Assembly: GCF_009914755.1 (NCBI RefSeq)
Contig: NC_060941.1
Source: the human T2T-CHM13v2.0 reference genome, Homo sapiens
Strand: one strand, 5' to 3'
Length of the DNA: 64,000 nt
In this document: in pieces, positions 46,685-59,610 of the stretch
How the letters are laid out: each line of letters begins with the position of its first letter
How positions within the stretch are numbered: the stretch's first letter is position 1
Translations under genes and position numbers: made by a program
Notes under the pieces: generated by a model
The model's input: only the letters and a program-made list of their open reading frames with translations
Database searches by the model: none
Told to the model about the DNA's origin: nothing

Positions 46685-48964
46685 ATGTCCTACAGATAGA
46701 ATAATAAATTATAATATGAGGGTTGTAGGGTGACTGTCATTCACCCTGTTTTTGGAGAAGCAAGGAAAATAACTGCAAACAGAGGAAGAGAAAATAGTGA
46801 AGCAGAAACACTGAGTGGCAACAGCACAGATGGAGAGAGACCAACTCTAGGCTTTCCCAAGAGTTTCCAGATTATGACTCCAGGCTCTTTTCTTTCTTAA
46901 GTTTCATCAAATTTCTATGAGTCGTTATAATAAATTTCCACATTTCACTTAAGCTACTTTGAGCTGATTTCTATTCCTTGCAGCCAAATAATTTTCACTC
47001 ACACACTGGCATTATTATGTTAAAAAAAAGTCAAAATTCCCTTGACCTTAGGACACAGCCCCAAATTTTGAAGCTGGACCCAAAGCCCTGATCAACTTGG
47101 CTTCTCACTGCTTTGTGCTCTGCACTATGGTCACCCTGGAAGACTTCCAGTTCCTGGACATGCTGCCCTCTCTTTTATCCCTGCCCCTGTCGTCCTCCTG
47201 CCAGAGTATACTTTGATTCCCTTCTCCACCTACTTGTGCCATCCTCTTCCTTCACATTGCAACATAAATGCCAGTTCCTAGGAAGCCAGCATCTTGGCTT
47301 TCCAAGCAAGGCTGCTGCCCTCAAGGAGGACTCCCTTGGCATTCGATATTTCCTCCCTACATTCACTTCCCCATCATACCTTAGCTTCAAGAAGGTAGCA
47401 GCTGTGGTCTGGTTCATTTTCAGCTGTATGCTCAGCCCTTGGTGTTCAGCCTGCCACAGAGATAGCCCTCAGTATCCATCTGTGCATGAATTGGTTGCTG
47501 GGAGAACCCTGGAGAAGGAGCAGCCATGTTTGCAAGGAGAGCTAGGGAAGATTTTGCAGAGGAGGTGGTGTCTGAGCAGAGCCTTAAAGGACAGAAAAGA
47601 AGATCCCATCTAAGACACTCTCAAGAATTCAGGGACACAGGTGGGGCACTTTGGGAGGGTGGGGAGTCTGGGCTTTCAAGTCAGGTGCTCCTACTAACTG
47701 TGGGACTTAGGGCAAAGTCCTGGCTAGAAGGGGTAATGTGAAGATCAGAAAGGGCAATTACAGAGTACCAGCCACTACTTTTAATAAGAGAAAACAATCA
47801 TTATTTTCTGTAGATCTGAGCATCACCAAACGCCTTACATTGTTGTAAGGATTGCATTTTCTGAACACTAATGAAAACCCTAAATAAAGTTGTTATTAAT
47901 AATACTGATAATCAGAACTTGAAGCCCGCAGTGAAGTGCTCCTTCTCTCAACAACTGGACAATCATTCTCTTCCTTTGGGAGTTAAAGTGAAACATGCAA
48001 AGTCACCAGAAATATATAGAATAGTTCTCAGACCAGCACCATTTAAATGTAACTTGGTTGAATATATTTACATATTAAAAAAAAGTATGTCAATCAGAGA
48101 ATTAAGGGACAGGAAAAGCAGTCACAGAGGCAAACAGGCTTGACTTGGCCTGTGCAGAAAGGAGGGAGGAGGGCAGTTCAGCCAGCAGAAGTAATGGCTT
48201 TCTGTTTCTGAGGCCAGCCCTAGGATGCAGAGATGTTCTGATGATGCCAGTAATTTCCTCTCTGCTCTCTGACACCATCTTAAAGGGCCTGCCTAAGCCA
48301 CAGCACCCAATGAGACAGATTTTTATAGCAAAAGCCCCAGCTCCTGGCTCCTCCATCCTGACCATAACTGATAGAGTTAAGAGTGAACATCAGACTAGAG
48401 CTGAGCTTATCAGTTTCAATGTGTTCAGACCTTTCCATCAGGGATGGGAAGACTGATACAGTTGGTTGTGGGGGGAACAAGGCTGGAATGTTGGGACATC
48501 ATGGAACAGAAGCCATCATCTTGGGATGGCCTTGTTGAAGCCTTGTACACACAGAGATGTAAGCAAAGTCATGTCTGCAAGAAGAGAACAATAAATAAGA
48601 TATTTATAGAAAAGAAGAGATAAGAGTAGGAGAGGAGAGAGAGTGAGAGAGAAAAGAAGGAAGAGAGCGAGAATGCCATCTACTAAATTTCTGGTTCCAC
48701 GAAGCTTCGCTCTGCTTCTAAATAGCTTTCATTTTTCACGTGAGCCTTGATGAGTAGAGCTATGTTCCACACAACCAAACCATTTCTAACTAAGATGGGG
48801 TTTTAGGTGACAGCCTCAATTATTTCAAGTTTTCCTGGCAAGATCTTCCCAGCATGAGTGAAATGGATGGATCATGCTGCGTCAGCCAGGCATGGTCAGG
48901 CTGGGACTCAAACCGTGTCTTCTTCTTAGATTCGTGGCCTACCATTATGAAAGCTGGGACCTTG

Positions 48965-49770
48965 TTGTATAATAATGTGGCTTCCACACATGGGTGGCAT
49001 AAAACAATGTCAATTTATTATCTTGCCATTCTTCAGTTTGGAAGTTCAACATTGGTCTCACTGGGATGAAATGAAGTCATCATCAGGGCCAATTCCTTTG
49101 GTGGCTCTCAGGAAGAATCCATTTCCTTGTGCATTTACAGCTTCTGGAGGCTGCCCACATTCCTTGCCTTGTGGCCCCTTCTTCCACCTTCAAAATGAAT
49201 TATGTGGCATCTTTCTGACTCTACTTCCAGTGTCACAGCTTTCTCCAGCTCACTCTTTTTACTCCCCTGCCCCATGTGAATACACTGAGCCCACTTGGAT
49301 AAATCAGGATGATTTTCTCATCTCAAGGTTATTGTTTGGTCATGTTCCCACCCACATCTCATCTTGAATTCCCATGTGTGGTGGAGGGGACCTGGTGGGA
49401 GGTAATTGAATCATGGGGTCAGATCTTTTCCATGCTGTTCTCACGATAGTGAATAAGTCTCATGAGATCTGATGGTTTTACAAGGGGGATTTTCCCTGAA
49501 CAAGCTCTCTCTTTGCCTGCTGCCATCCATGTAAGAGGTGACTTGCTCCTCCTTGCCTTCTGCCATGATTGTGATGCTTCCCCAGCCATATGCAACTGTG
49601 AGTCCATTAAATCTCTTTTTCTTCCCATTCTCAGATGTGTCTTTATCAGCAGCATGAAAATGGACTAATACAGCAACCTCAATTCCCCTTTTTCATATAA
49701 CCTAACAATTCACAGGGCCCAGGGATGAGGGCATGGACATTTTGGTGGGTAGGGAGCATTATTCTACCTA
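48965..49770 (-). mobile_element. MLT1C-like LTR split by a THE1 LTR
   Basis: gcttctggaggctgcccacattccttg...gagcccacttggataaatcaggatgattttctcatctcaagg. Confidence 0.7.
49328..49672 (+). mobile_element. THE1 (THE1B-like) solo LTR
   Basis: atctcatcttgaattcccatgtg...ctttatcagcagcatgaaaatggactaataca. Confidence 0.9.
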
Positions 49771-50560
49771 CTCCATATGGGGAGAAAACAACAAATACCA
49801 ATGTAGAGCATTCTTTAAAAATACTCATTTTGGCTTAGGAAACTTTGATGCTCAACTAGTGATCTTCTGAACCCATGCTTTAATGAAAAATAGCATGGAC
49901 TTTCCACTCCTTTAGGCCTGAGTTCGATCCTACCAAGTCTATGACTTGAGTGTGTGTGTTTAACTTCTCTGTACTTCAGCTTCCTCCTCCATAAAATGCA
50001 GATAATGATGCGGAACTAGATGAAATGTTTGGGGAACTAGATGAAATCAAATATGCTTTTAAAAAAACATTATAAATGCCTTTCTTTTTTTTTTTTTTTG
50101 CTTTCCTTACTTTCCTTACTTTCCTTTTCCTTTCCTTCCAGCCTGGAACCATTAACTGAATATACCAAGAATGCTCTTGAGTGAGGACCCATGCTGTCTT
50201 GGTCATGCTATGTCTCAGCTGCAGAAGTGACCTGGTGCTAGAAATCTGAAACTAGCATTCCACCGGGATGACAATCCATAATCTCCTCATGCTCCTTCTG
50301 CCCCATATTTCAGGTCTTGTTATCTCCAGGAGCGAGAGCCATTCAAGGTCTTCTTTTTGTCTTTCTTTTCTCACAGCTTACAATGACAAGGGCCAGGAAG
50401 CCAAGGAGAGGATATTTGGGGGTTGCTAAGTAGGAGCCACCAGGACAGTGATCTCGAGGGCCTATCTGAATGATGGGAGGTATTAAAGAATTCCCAATAG
50501 ACTGCATCCAGATCATGGCTACAGCAAGCTTTTCCCCATCCCTTTGAGCAACTTATATTC

Positions 50561-51030
50561 CTTTTTTTGTCTTTTTTTTAAAAAGTTTTATTTTAAGTTC
50601 TGGGATACATGTGAAGAATGTGCAGGTTTGTTACATAGGCATACATACGCCATGGTGGTTTGCTGCACCTATCAACCCGTCATCTAGGCTTTAAGCCCTG
50701 CATGGATTAGGTATTTGTCCTAATGCTCCCTCTCCTCTTGTCCCCCACCCCCTGACAGGCCCTGGTGTGTGATGTTCCCCTCTCTGTGTCCATGTGTTCT
50801 CATTGTTCAACTCCCACTTCTTAGTGAGAACATGTGGTGTTTGGTTTTCTGTTCTGTGTTACTTTGCTGAGAATGATGGTTTCCAGCTTCATCCATGTCC
50901 CTACGAAGGACATGAACTCATTCTTTTTCATGGCTGCATAGTATTCCACGGTGTATATGTGACACATTTTCTTTATCCAGTCTATCACTGATGGGCATTT
51001 GGGTTGGTTCCAAGTCTTTGTTATTGTAAA
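50561..51030 (-). mobile_element. 5'-truncated L1PA 3' end
   Basis: L1 3' UTR reverse complement; TSD tgagcaactta at 50545-50555 and 51031-51041. Confidence 0.93.
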
Positions 51031-54000
51031 TGAGCAACTTACATTTCTTTAAAGTGTTGGTGAGCTCTGCACATCTGTAACCACAGCCATGGGCTTCTGA
51101 TGAGAACTTCTTATTTTACTTTATGTTTGAAGGAGCTTGGCTGCCTTTGACCTCACCACCCTAGGAATTGGAATGGAATGAGTGAAGGAGTTCCTATGTT
51201 GGTTTGTGGCAGGAAGATAGTCCAGTTGGATTTAAGTGGTATCATTATGGAAATGCAACCAGTGCAGGTATCAAAGCCTTTGCAAAACATTCTAGAAGGT
51301 TACTCATGTTTTAGCTGAAAAAGCAGTCTGCTGATTATAAAATATGGCTCCTCAGCTTTCCTTTCAGTTTTAGACAGTTACCATACCTCATTGGCAGCTC
51401 ACAATGCATCTTCACAGATATGAGCACTTTTCTTGGTGCACGGGTTCCTAGCAGAGTCTCAGAGTCAGACAGGCCAGTGTTGAAATTCCAGTTCTCCTGA
51501 AACTAGCAGTCACTTAATCTTTCTGAGTTTCAGTTCTCCTAACTGTAAAATGGTGGCACTAATAACTATTTCCTTGAATTGCTGTGCTTATTAAATGCCC
51601 CTAGCACGGCACCAAGCCCTCATTAAGCACTTGGAAACTTATATCCATTTCTTCTTTTTTGGGTTCTCTGCATATAATGTTTATATACATCTTAATTAAA
51701 ACTGCTTCTTTCCTTAAAATATCTAATATTCACGTATAGAAGGGTATTCACAGAAAAGGATGCAGCTACCTTTCCTTCTCTGGGCACAGTAGACATTTGC
51801 CTTCCCAGATTTGGAAATGAAGGAAGCAAGATTGCCTTTTGGGGAATTAGGCACAGTGCATCACAGTACAGATATGTGAACTCAGCTGAAGGAGAAGGCA
51901 CAGCTCTCAGGTAGACAAGCCCCCACAGCCACCAGATTGAATGTATTTCCATCAAGAAAGGATGTGTCCATCAGAGGAAGGACTTGTCAGCTCTGGAATA
52001 AGAAAGAAATGTGAGTACCAGAGGCAAATATCAGCAGGATCCATCCTAGGGTATTCCCCTTAACCAGTGACTGGAAGAGTTCTGGTTTTGTCAGGGCAGA
52101 GGTGGAGCCCACATATTTTAAGCGACTCTGGTCTCACTGGCAAGACCGTCCTCCTTGCGGAATGAAAACACTGAGGTATCTCAGCTGGATGCCTGAAGCA
52201 CTGGATTATTGAACTTCCCCCTTTCTGACTTCAGGCTCACCAGAAACTTTCAGTCTATGATTTGGCTTCTCCTTGGAGTCTGTCTGTGGGGAGACTTTGG
52301 GCTCATTCTATGGAATCTGAGTTTTTAGGTCTCCGTGCCAGGAATTTCTCACAGTAAATGAAGGCATTGGCATTCTGGTTTTATCTGCCAGTGTTCTGTG
52401 CTTGGTTAAAGTGTCTCTATTGAGAGATGGATCCCTTTTCAGATTCTGTAGCATCCAAATAGCAGATCTAGGATGATGGAAAATTCCCCAAAGTAAGCCA
52501 TATTAGTTTATGAGACATCTTGGAAGATAGTCTGCTGGCCTTTCCTCTTGGTGACAACCATCTGGCATTTCAGAAGAAGAACATTTCCAACTTTGACACT
52601 AACCATACAGCCCCTCCCCACTCCATCTCACTCAATAACAGCCCATGGTGTTGGTGTCACATGCTAGAAAGATTCTGGAATTTGGAACCAAACAGACCTG
52701 GGCTTGATTCTGTCTCTGCTGCCTTCTGTCTATATAATACTGTGCATGTAATGTAATGTTTCTGAACATCGGTTTCTCCATCTGTAAAATGAGATTCCTC
52801 ATAGGGATGTTGCAAGGATGAAAGTGACGCAGCTCAACGAAATGTAGCTATGATTATCACGTACATTGGCAATGACTCATTGATGTAGAATGATGGTCAA
52901 GTGTGGATCTTTCATTCTAATACGTACAGTGAATCTGTTATATGCAATGGCGACTGACTAGTTTTCAGTGATGTGCCATCGTCATGGCCTTTCCTGGGGT
53001 GGACTTCTCCTTAAGGAAGGCTAATGGATTTCTGCACCTAAGAGCTCAAGGACCTTGCTGAGTTTTTATTTTCCCCACAAACTAACAAAGTTGCAATACC
53101 TCAGTCTGGCTTCACTGTTCCAGATATTGGTAAAATTAGGTTGTCTCTCCTCTCTGGGCAAAACTGTGCTTTGATTCTTTTGATTATAAGGGGAGAGCAT
53201 TTTAGCACATCCAGAGATGAAAACAATCACAGTTTCCCTCTCAGCAAAGTTCTGGCTGCATTGCCGAGCAATAGCCAGGTGGCCTGCTTTGCTTCCATCC
53301 TTCTGTGCATTCTTTTTACAAGGTCTGAACAGGCTGGAGCTTCCCCAAATGCTTTGTGATGGGAATGGTCATGGAGGGCCTTCACCTATGGCCTCAAGTT
53401 GAGCCCCTGAAAGTATAAAGAGGCAACAATTTTGGCAAAGCAAGTTTGTTTTAAAGGTATAAGCATATATATGTCAGTGTTTTGGTCTTCCTTAAAGTAG
53501 AAATTACTGCTTCATGGTACCATTCGATCAGAACTTTGGCAACTGGTTCGTTAAATGAGAACATTCTTTTTTGTATCTGCCCATTTCTACCTGATCTCTG
53601 TCCCTGGAAAACATTTTGGGTGAATGCAGTCGCTTTTGTGGTCACTCTTAGACAATAACGACAAATTTGATATAATAATGTTACTTGGCTACTTCTAGGT
53701 AAGAGAAAATCTAGTCCAGTCTAATATACAAACTCCAGACTCTCCTTCCACCACTTGGCCGATTTCAGGTTTGGAAGTCATAGTGGGGGAAATAGTTGTG
53801 ATTGCTTCTCCACCCATTTCCATCTTACCTACCCTAACACCCCAGCAGACATTTTAGGACCCTCCTGTGTTGGGGTCATAGGTGGGGAGGAGAGAGGAGA
53901 GGAAGGACAGAAGAGGCTTCCTGCACCTGCCTGTAACCTGTATGTGGCAGTAAGCATATGTCTCTCTCTCTCTGTGTGGCACTTTGTGAATTCCTCCATG

Positions 54001-54274
54001 AGCCCTCTGACTGCAGCCCCTAAAGCTGAGGAAGCCACCACACGTTGGCTGCCTTTGACTTTTTTCTCTTGACAGCTGTGCACCCAATGGCACGCCCACA
54101 GCTCCTGCTGAGATTGCCTCACTGCTGGCAGGAAGCCCACATGGGCAAGCTTCTTTTCTTCCTCTTCATTAAAAAAAAAAAACACTTAAGTGGTAACCTG
54201 ATTATAAAAGCAACACACGTGACAACAGAATATTTCTAAAAATAAGAGAGCAGAAGATAATTAGTCAAATTCCC

Positions 54275-54715
54275 GCCACCTACGTCCCAAATGCCCATCA
54301 GCAGATGAATGAAGAAGCAAATCGTTGTACATTCCCACGCTGGAGTACCACTCAGCGATAAAAAGGAGTGAACTATTGATACGACAACATGGTTGCATCT
54401 AAAAATAATCACGCTGAGTGAAAGAAGGCGGACAAAAAAAAGCATGCATACTGTCTGATTCCATTTCTATAAAATGCTCAAAAATACGCACTGATTTACA
54501 GTGACAGAGAGCAGAGCGGTGATTGCTTTTTAATGAGGCAAAGGGAAGGGTGGGAGGGATGGATGCTAAAGGAGTAGAAGGACGTTTCTGGGTGTGATGG
54601 ATGAGTTCCTTATCTTGATTATGGAGACAGTTTTGTGCATGTATCAAATTGCATCCTTTAAGTACGTGCAGTTCTTTGTAAATCTATTATGTCTCAATAA
54701 AACTATTTAAACATT
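54275..54715 (+). mobile_element. Old L1 (L1MB/ME-like) 3' end
   Basis: cccaaatgcccatcagcagatgaatg...catactgtctgattccattt...ctcaataaaact. Confidence 0.8.
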
Positions 54716-54751
54716 TTTACTGTTGGGCATATTCAGACAGGGTCTTTTTCT

Positions 54752-55107
54752 TTCTTTATTTTTATTTTTTATTTTACTTTAAGTTCCAGGACATATGTGC
54801 AGGACATGCAGGCTTGTTACATAGGTATACGTGTGCCACGGTGGTTTGCTGCCTCTATTGACCCATCCTCTACGTTCCCTCCCCTTGCCCCTCACCCCCC
54901 AACAGGCCCTGGTGTGTGTTGTTCCCCTCCCTGTGTCCATGTGTTCTCATTGTTCAACCCCCACTTATGAGTGAGAACATGTGGTGTTTGGTTTTCTGTT
55001 CCTGTGTTAGTTTGCTGAGAATGATGGCTTCCAGCCTCATCCATGTCCCTGCAAAGGACATGGTCTCATTCCTTTTTATGGCCGCATAGTATTCCATCGT
55101 GTATATG
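54752..55107 (-). mobile_element. 5'-truncated L1PA 3' end with 19-bp TSD
   Basis: TSD tcagacagggtctttttct at 54733-54751 and 55108-55126. Confidence 0.95.
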
Positions 55108-56130
55108 TCAGACAGGGTCTTTTTCTAGAAGGGCCATGGCTGGTTCTTTCCTGGACCACCCATCACAGGCTCCTTCCCCCACGCTCAGTGTAAGTGCAGC
55201 TTGCATCTTTGGCAGCCTCTGTATTCAGCTGTTGCCTATTACCTGTAGACTCTTTAGGAATGAGCCTGGCTGCCACCCAGGCTTCAGGGAGCCTCGATAG
55301 TTCTCCTTAAGTCCTGTCCTTTCTCTGACCTGAGGTGTTGGACCCGAAGCTTGCTCTCACACATGTGTGGAGAGCCACCCATATAAAACACCAATATCTC
55401 TCTTCAAAGATCTAATCCTTTGCATCTCTTTAACCTCCTGTGAGTCTCGGCTTTTTCCTCCATAGCCTGGAGACAGGTGCACATCTATTGAAAGCAGCAG
55501 TAGCTTTTGGCAATGCCCTTCGCCAAGCCTACACATGTGGTTCAGCATTACAGTGGGCGTCTACTTGGCACTCATTGTTTTTAGCTTTGGGGTCACAGCT
55601 GAAACTCTGAGATGACAAAAAGTCTCATTTTAATGACCTGTTTCACTTCCCTTTGGTTCACTGGGATACAAAGAGATGAATTTTTCCCAATATATTTTTA
55701 GAGGCATATTTATCATAAGAGCAGGCCAGCAGCCTCTCTGAGTGCTGAGGCCCTAATAGGGACTTGCAGTTATTGTATACCTACACCCCCCCAAGGCCCC
55801 CAAAGATGCAGAGTGGACCTTTTGGTCCCTCTCCTCCCTTTGTCTAAGGACATCAGATAGTGATCATAAATATTCATCCCATCTATTTCCTGATGCTGGG
55901 AAGGGAAAATATTGCAAACACCACGAGCACTTGTTGAAGACACACATACGCCAGGCACTGTACCCAGAACTGACTCTACAGTGGTGATGGACAGGTCCTG
56001 CCCACGTGGATCCCCCAGTCTAGCAGACTGGACAACAGGATGGTGGCCTGGAGAAGAGGGTGAACATAAACTGGTGGACAAAGGGCCACATGGTTCGCCT
56101 CCAGAGATCTTCTTTAGAAAGGAGTCAAAG

Positions 56131-56409
56131 GGCTGGGCGCGGCGGCTCATGCCTGTAATCCCAGCACTTTGGGAGGCTGAGGTGGGTAGATCATGAGGTC
56201 AAGAGTTCGAGACCAGCCTGACCAACATGGTGAAACCCCGTCTCTGCTAAAAATACAAAAATTAGCCGGGTGTGGTGGTTCACACCTGTAATCTCAGGTA
56301 TTCAGGAGACTGAGGCAGGAGAATCACTTGAACCTGGGAGGTTGCAGTGAGCTGAGATTGCGCCACTGCACTCCAGCCTGGGCAACAGAGTGAGACTCTG
56401 TCTCAAAAA

Positions 56410-56446
<37 letters not shown>
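56131..56446 (+). mobile_element. Alu (AluSg-like)
   Basis: Dimer, A/(GAAAA)n tail; gagtcaa flanks both ends. Confidence 0.95.
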
Positions 56447-56920
56447 GAGTCAAGGGTGAGCAGTGCAAGGCTGAACAGCTTTCCATATTAGCCAAATACA
56501 CCACCTCCGTCAGGATCCTCCCTCATAGAAGTCACCAGCACAGAAATGAGTCAGAACATTGTCACGTGAGCAATGGGAGCAGAATCTCCCCTCCTCGTGT
56601 CCTTGCTGCTGGGCCACAGGCCAGTGGTAGGCCTCTAAAGGGTTTAGAGTCACACAGGATGATGAAGGGGACAAATCAAGAAGAAAAGAAAAAAGGGAGC
56701 TTGCCAGGCACCTTCTTCTGCACCTCCAATTCCAAATGCACTCAGTGGATGCGTGGGAAGTGCTGAATCACATATGAAAGCAAAGCTTTAAACAGGATAG
56801 ACCAAGCTTTAACAACAACAACACAAAAGCTTGAATGTCTACGAAGTTGGATCTGCATCTCATGGAGAGCCCAGGAGGTTTTTGCAGAGTACAGCTGGTA
56901 ATAAAAATATGGAGGATCTA

Positions 56921-57208
56921 GGCCAGGTGCAGTGGCTCACGCCTGTAATCCCAGCACTTTGGGAAGCCAAGGCAGTCTGATTGCTTGAGCTCAGGAGTTA
57001 GAGACTAGACGGAGCAACATGGGGAAAACCTGTCTCTACAAAATACAAAAAATTTAGCAGGGCGTGGTGGTGAGCACCTGTAGACCCAGCTACTTGGGAG
57101 GCTACTTGCTTGAGGCCAAGAAGTTGAGGCTGCAGTGAGCCGTGATCGTGCCATGCATTTCAGCCTGGGTGACAGAAGACAGAAAAAGACCATGTCTTAA
57201 AAAAAAAA
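56921..57208 (+). mobile_element. Alu (AluJ-like)
   Basis: Diverged dimer with gttgaggctgcagtgagc. Confidence 0.9.
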
Positions 57209-59104
57209 GAGGAAGATTTACCATGCCTCAGAGACTAAGTGCCTTACATTGTAATATAAAGTCTTTGAATCCTCACAATGACCCCAGGAGGTAGGTGCTG
57301 TTATTAACATCGTCCTTTCCTCCATGAGGCTAATAAGACACAGAGAGATTAAGTGTCTTGTCCAAGGTCATAGAGCTAGAACCTTGACTCCAGAAACAGC
57401 ATCTGCAACCCCCAACCCCCCACCCCCGCGGCCTTTTGCCTATTCTGCAATCTCATGAAATTTCCTTTCCTTCTTTGAGGCCAGGAGCTCTCCAAGGTGC
57501 TGGAGAGAGGCCCAGAAGCAGCGTAGAGAGGCAGCCCCGCCAGACCCTGCAAGACCATAGTAAGGACCAGGATTTTATTTTGAGAATTAAGGGAAACCAC
57601 AGGCGTCTAAATGAATCACTGCTGCTTCCGCGCTGTCATAGCCAGCACTCCGGCTGTGTCTCTATTTAGCACTTGAGAGCTGGCTGTTTACGTGCCTACT
57701 TCTCCTTCTGGACTGGAAATGTCTTAGAGCAGGGACTGCATCTTAGCCATTTTTATATCTTCTTCACGCTGTCCCAGTTACACAGCACAGTGCTGGCATA
57801 TATTAAACATTTAGTACCTGTTTATTGAATGAAATTAAAGTAGAAATGGATTCTTAATTATCTTTGAAAAATCTCATTTTCCGGCAGCCCAATTAATTTC
57901 AAAGAGACTCAGGAATTTCTACAGTATCATGGCAATAACAATGGTAATGTTAATTCCGGTTACTAAGCTCTCAGTGTTACATGCTGGGATTTGGGCAAAA
58001 CACTTTATATCACCCTTAGTATATTGAGAGAGAGGTACTCTAGGTCCTCCCAGTCACTGGTAGTCCTTTCCCAAGCAGAAGACTCACCTGGGCGAGCTTA
58101 TAAATCCCAGAGGTTAAGGAGAATACGATTTCACAGGAGTGGCCACTAGGTGGTGGTGTGACACCATCATCACCTCGCCGTGGGCTAGTGGGCAACTTGG
58201 ACCAATTGCGCGGGGCCGGTGGAGTGGCTGGGGGCCTCTTGGGAATCAAGATGGCCAAGATGGGGGTCTGTGCACCAAACTCTGTAGTTGAAGTTGAGGG
58301 CTTTCCAGTTTATGCTGCCCATGAGCAGATGAATGGAGAGGACTCTTACTAAGCCAGGGTGCATTTTCTTCTTGTTGAAATCTGAAAATTATTCACTTCA
58401 TTTCAACTCAGTTGAACAAGACATTATTGAGTCTCAGCTCTCACTAACACCCCCTCTGTCTTCACACCCTCTATTTTAGACTGGATTGGGGTGTGGGGAC
58501 AGGAAGGCCACCAGTCCCAGTTCTCACATTTATGAAGAACATGATTAGGCATTTAATGTTGCATTCAAATAAGGCCATGCATACGATCATTATATCCCTC
58601 CCGATGTTAAAACAGTTTATTCGTTCTTACGAATAATGGTATATTTAAGTTGTACCATTATTTTTGTGCTCTTTTTTTTAGCATACCTTCGTTTTAAAAA
58701 TATGTCAGCATCTTTAGATATTGGAAGTATTTAGGACTCCTTTCTCAATTTTTGAAGAGCTACCTGTTTGAAGAGCAACTAAAATGCTTGCAGTCCCATC
58801 AAAATAACTAATCGACCACGCTTTCTCTGATTTTATTGTTTTTGCGCTTGCTAATTTCCACTTCTGGAACAGTTTCTTCTCTGTCTTAAGTTGATCTATT
58901 CCTGCCTATTCTTCAGATTTTAGATTGGACATCACCTCCTGTGCAAAACAAGAGCTTGTTAGGTGCTTGCTTTTACCCCATTGTTATTCTTTCTACTATG
59001 CTGTAATTCACGAATCCTTCTCTGTGTCCCCTAAAAGATCAGGGGTTCTCAACTTGGGGTATTTGGACCTTTAGGCTATCCATGATATGCCCTTAAAATT
59101 TTGT

Positions 59105-59610
59105 ATTATTTACTTACTGCCACAATAATACAGAATAAGAGCAACCACAAAACCTCAGTGGCCCATAGTAAGTGAATATTTGTTATGTGTCTAGAGTCAG
59201 CTGAAATTCAGCCAGGCAGGGGTCCTGCCACTCTTGGATGGGCTTGTTTACACCTCTGGGATTACCTGACTGCTGGCTGATGGAGATTGGCCCTTGCTGC
59301 GGCAACTGAGCCGTGTTCCACATGCTTCCCATCTCCCTTCTGGACTAGAAGGCTAACCCAGGAGGTCCTTCTCATAATGGTTGTGGAAATGCAAAAGATC
59401 AGGCCCCAAAATGCAAGTCTGTTTCATCAGCTTCTGCATTGGCCATTCCCACTAACATCCCTTTGACCAAAGCAAGTTACATGGATGAGCTCAAATTCAA
59501 GTGGTGGGGAAGGCCCCCCTACTCACAGAGGGAAGGTTGGCCATGCTGCGTGGCCAAGGGCATCATTCAGAAAAGAGAGAAGAATTAGGGCCATTGCTGC
59601 TATCTACCAT
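59105..59610 (-). mobile_element. Old MaLR LTR (MLT1H/J-like)
   Basis: aaccacaaaacctcagtggc...ccactaacatccctttgaccaaagcaagttacatgg. Confidence 0.6.
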
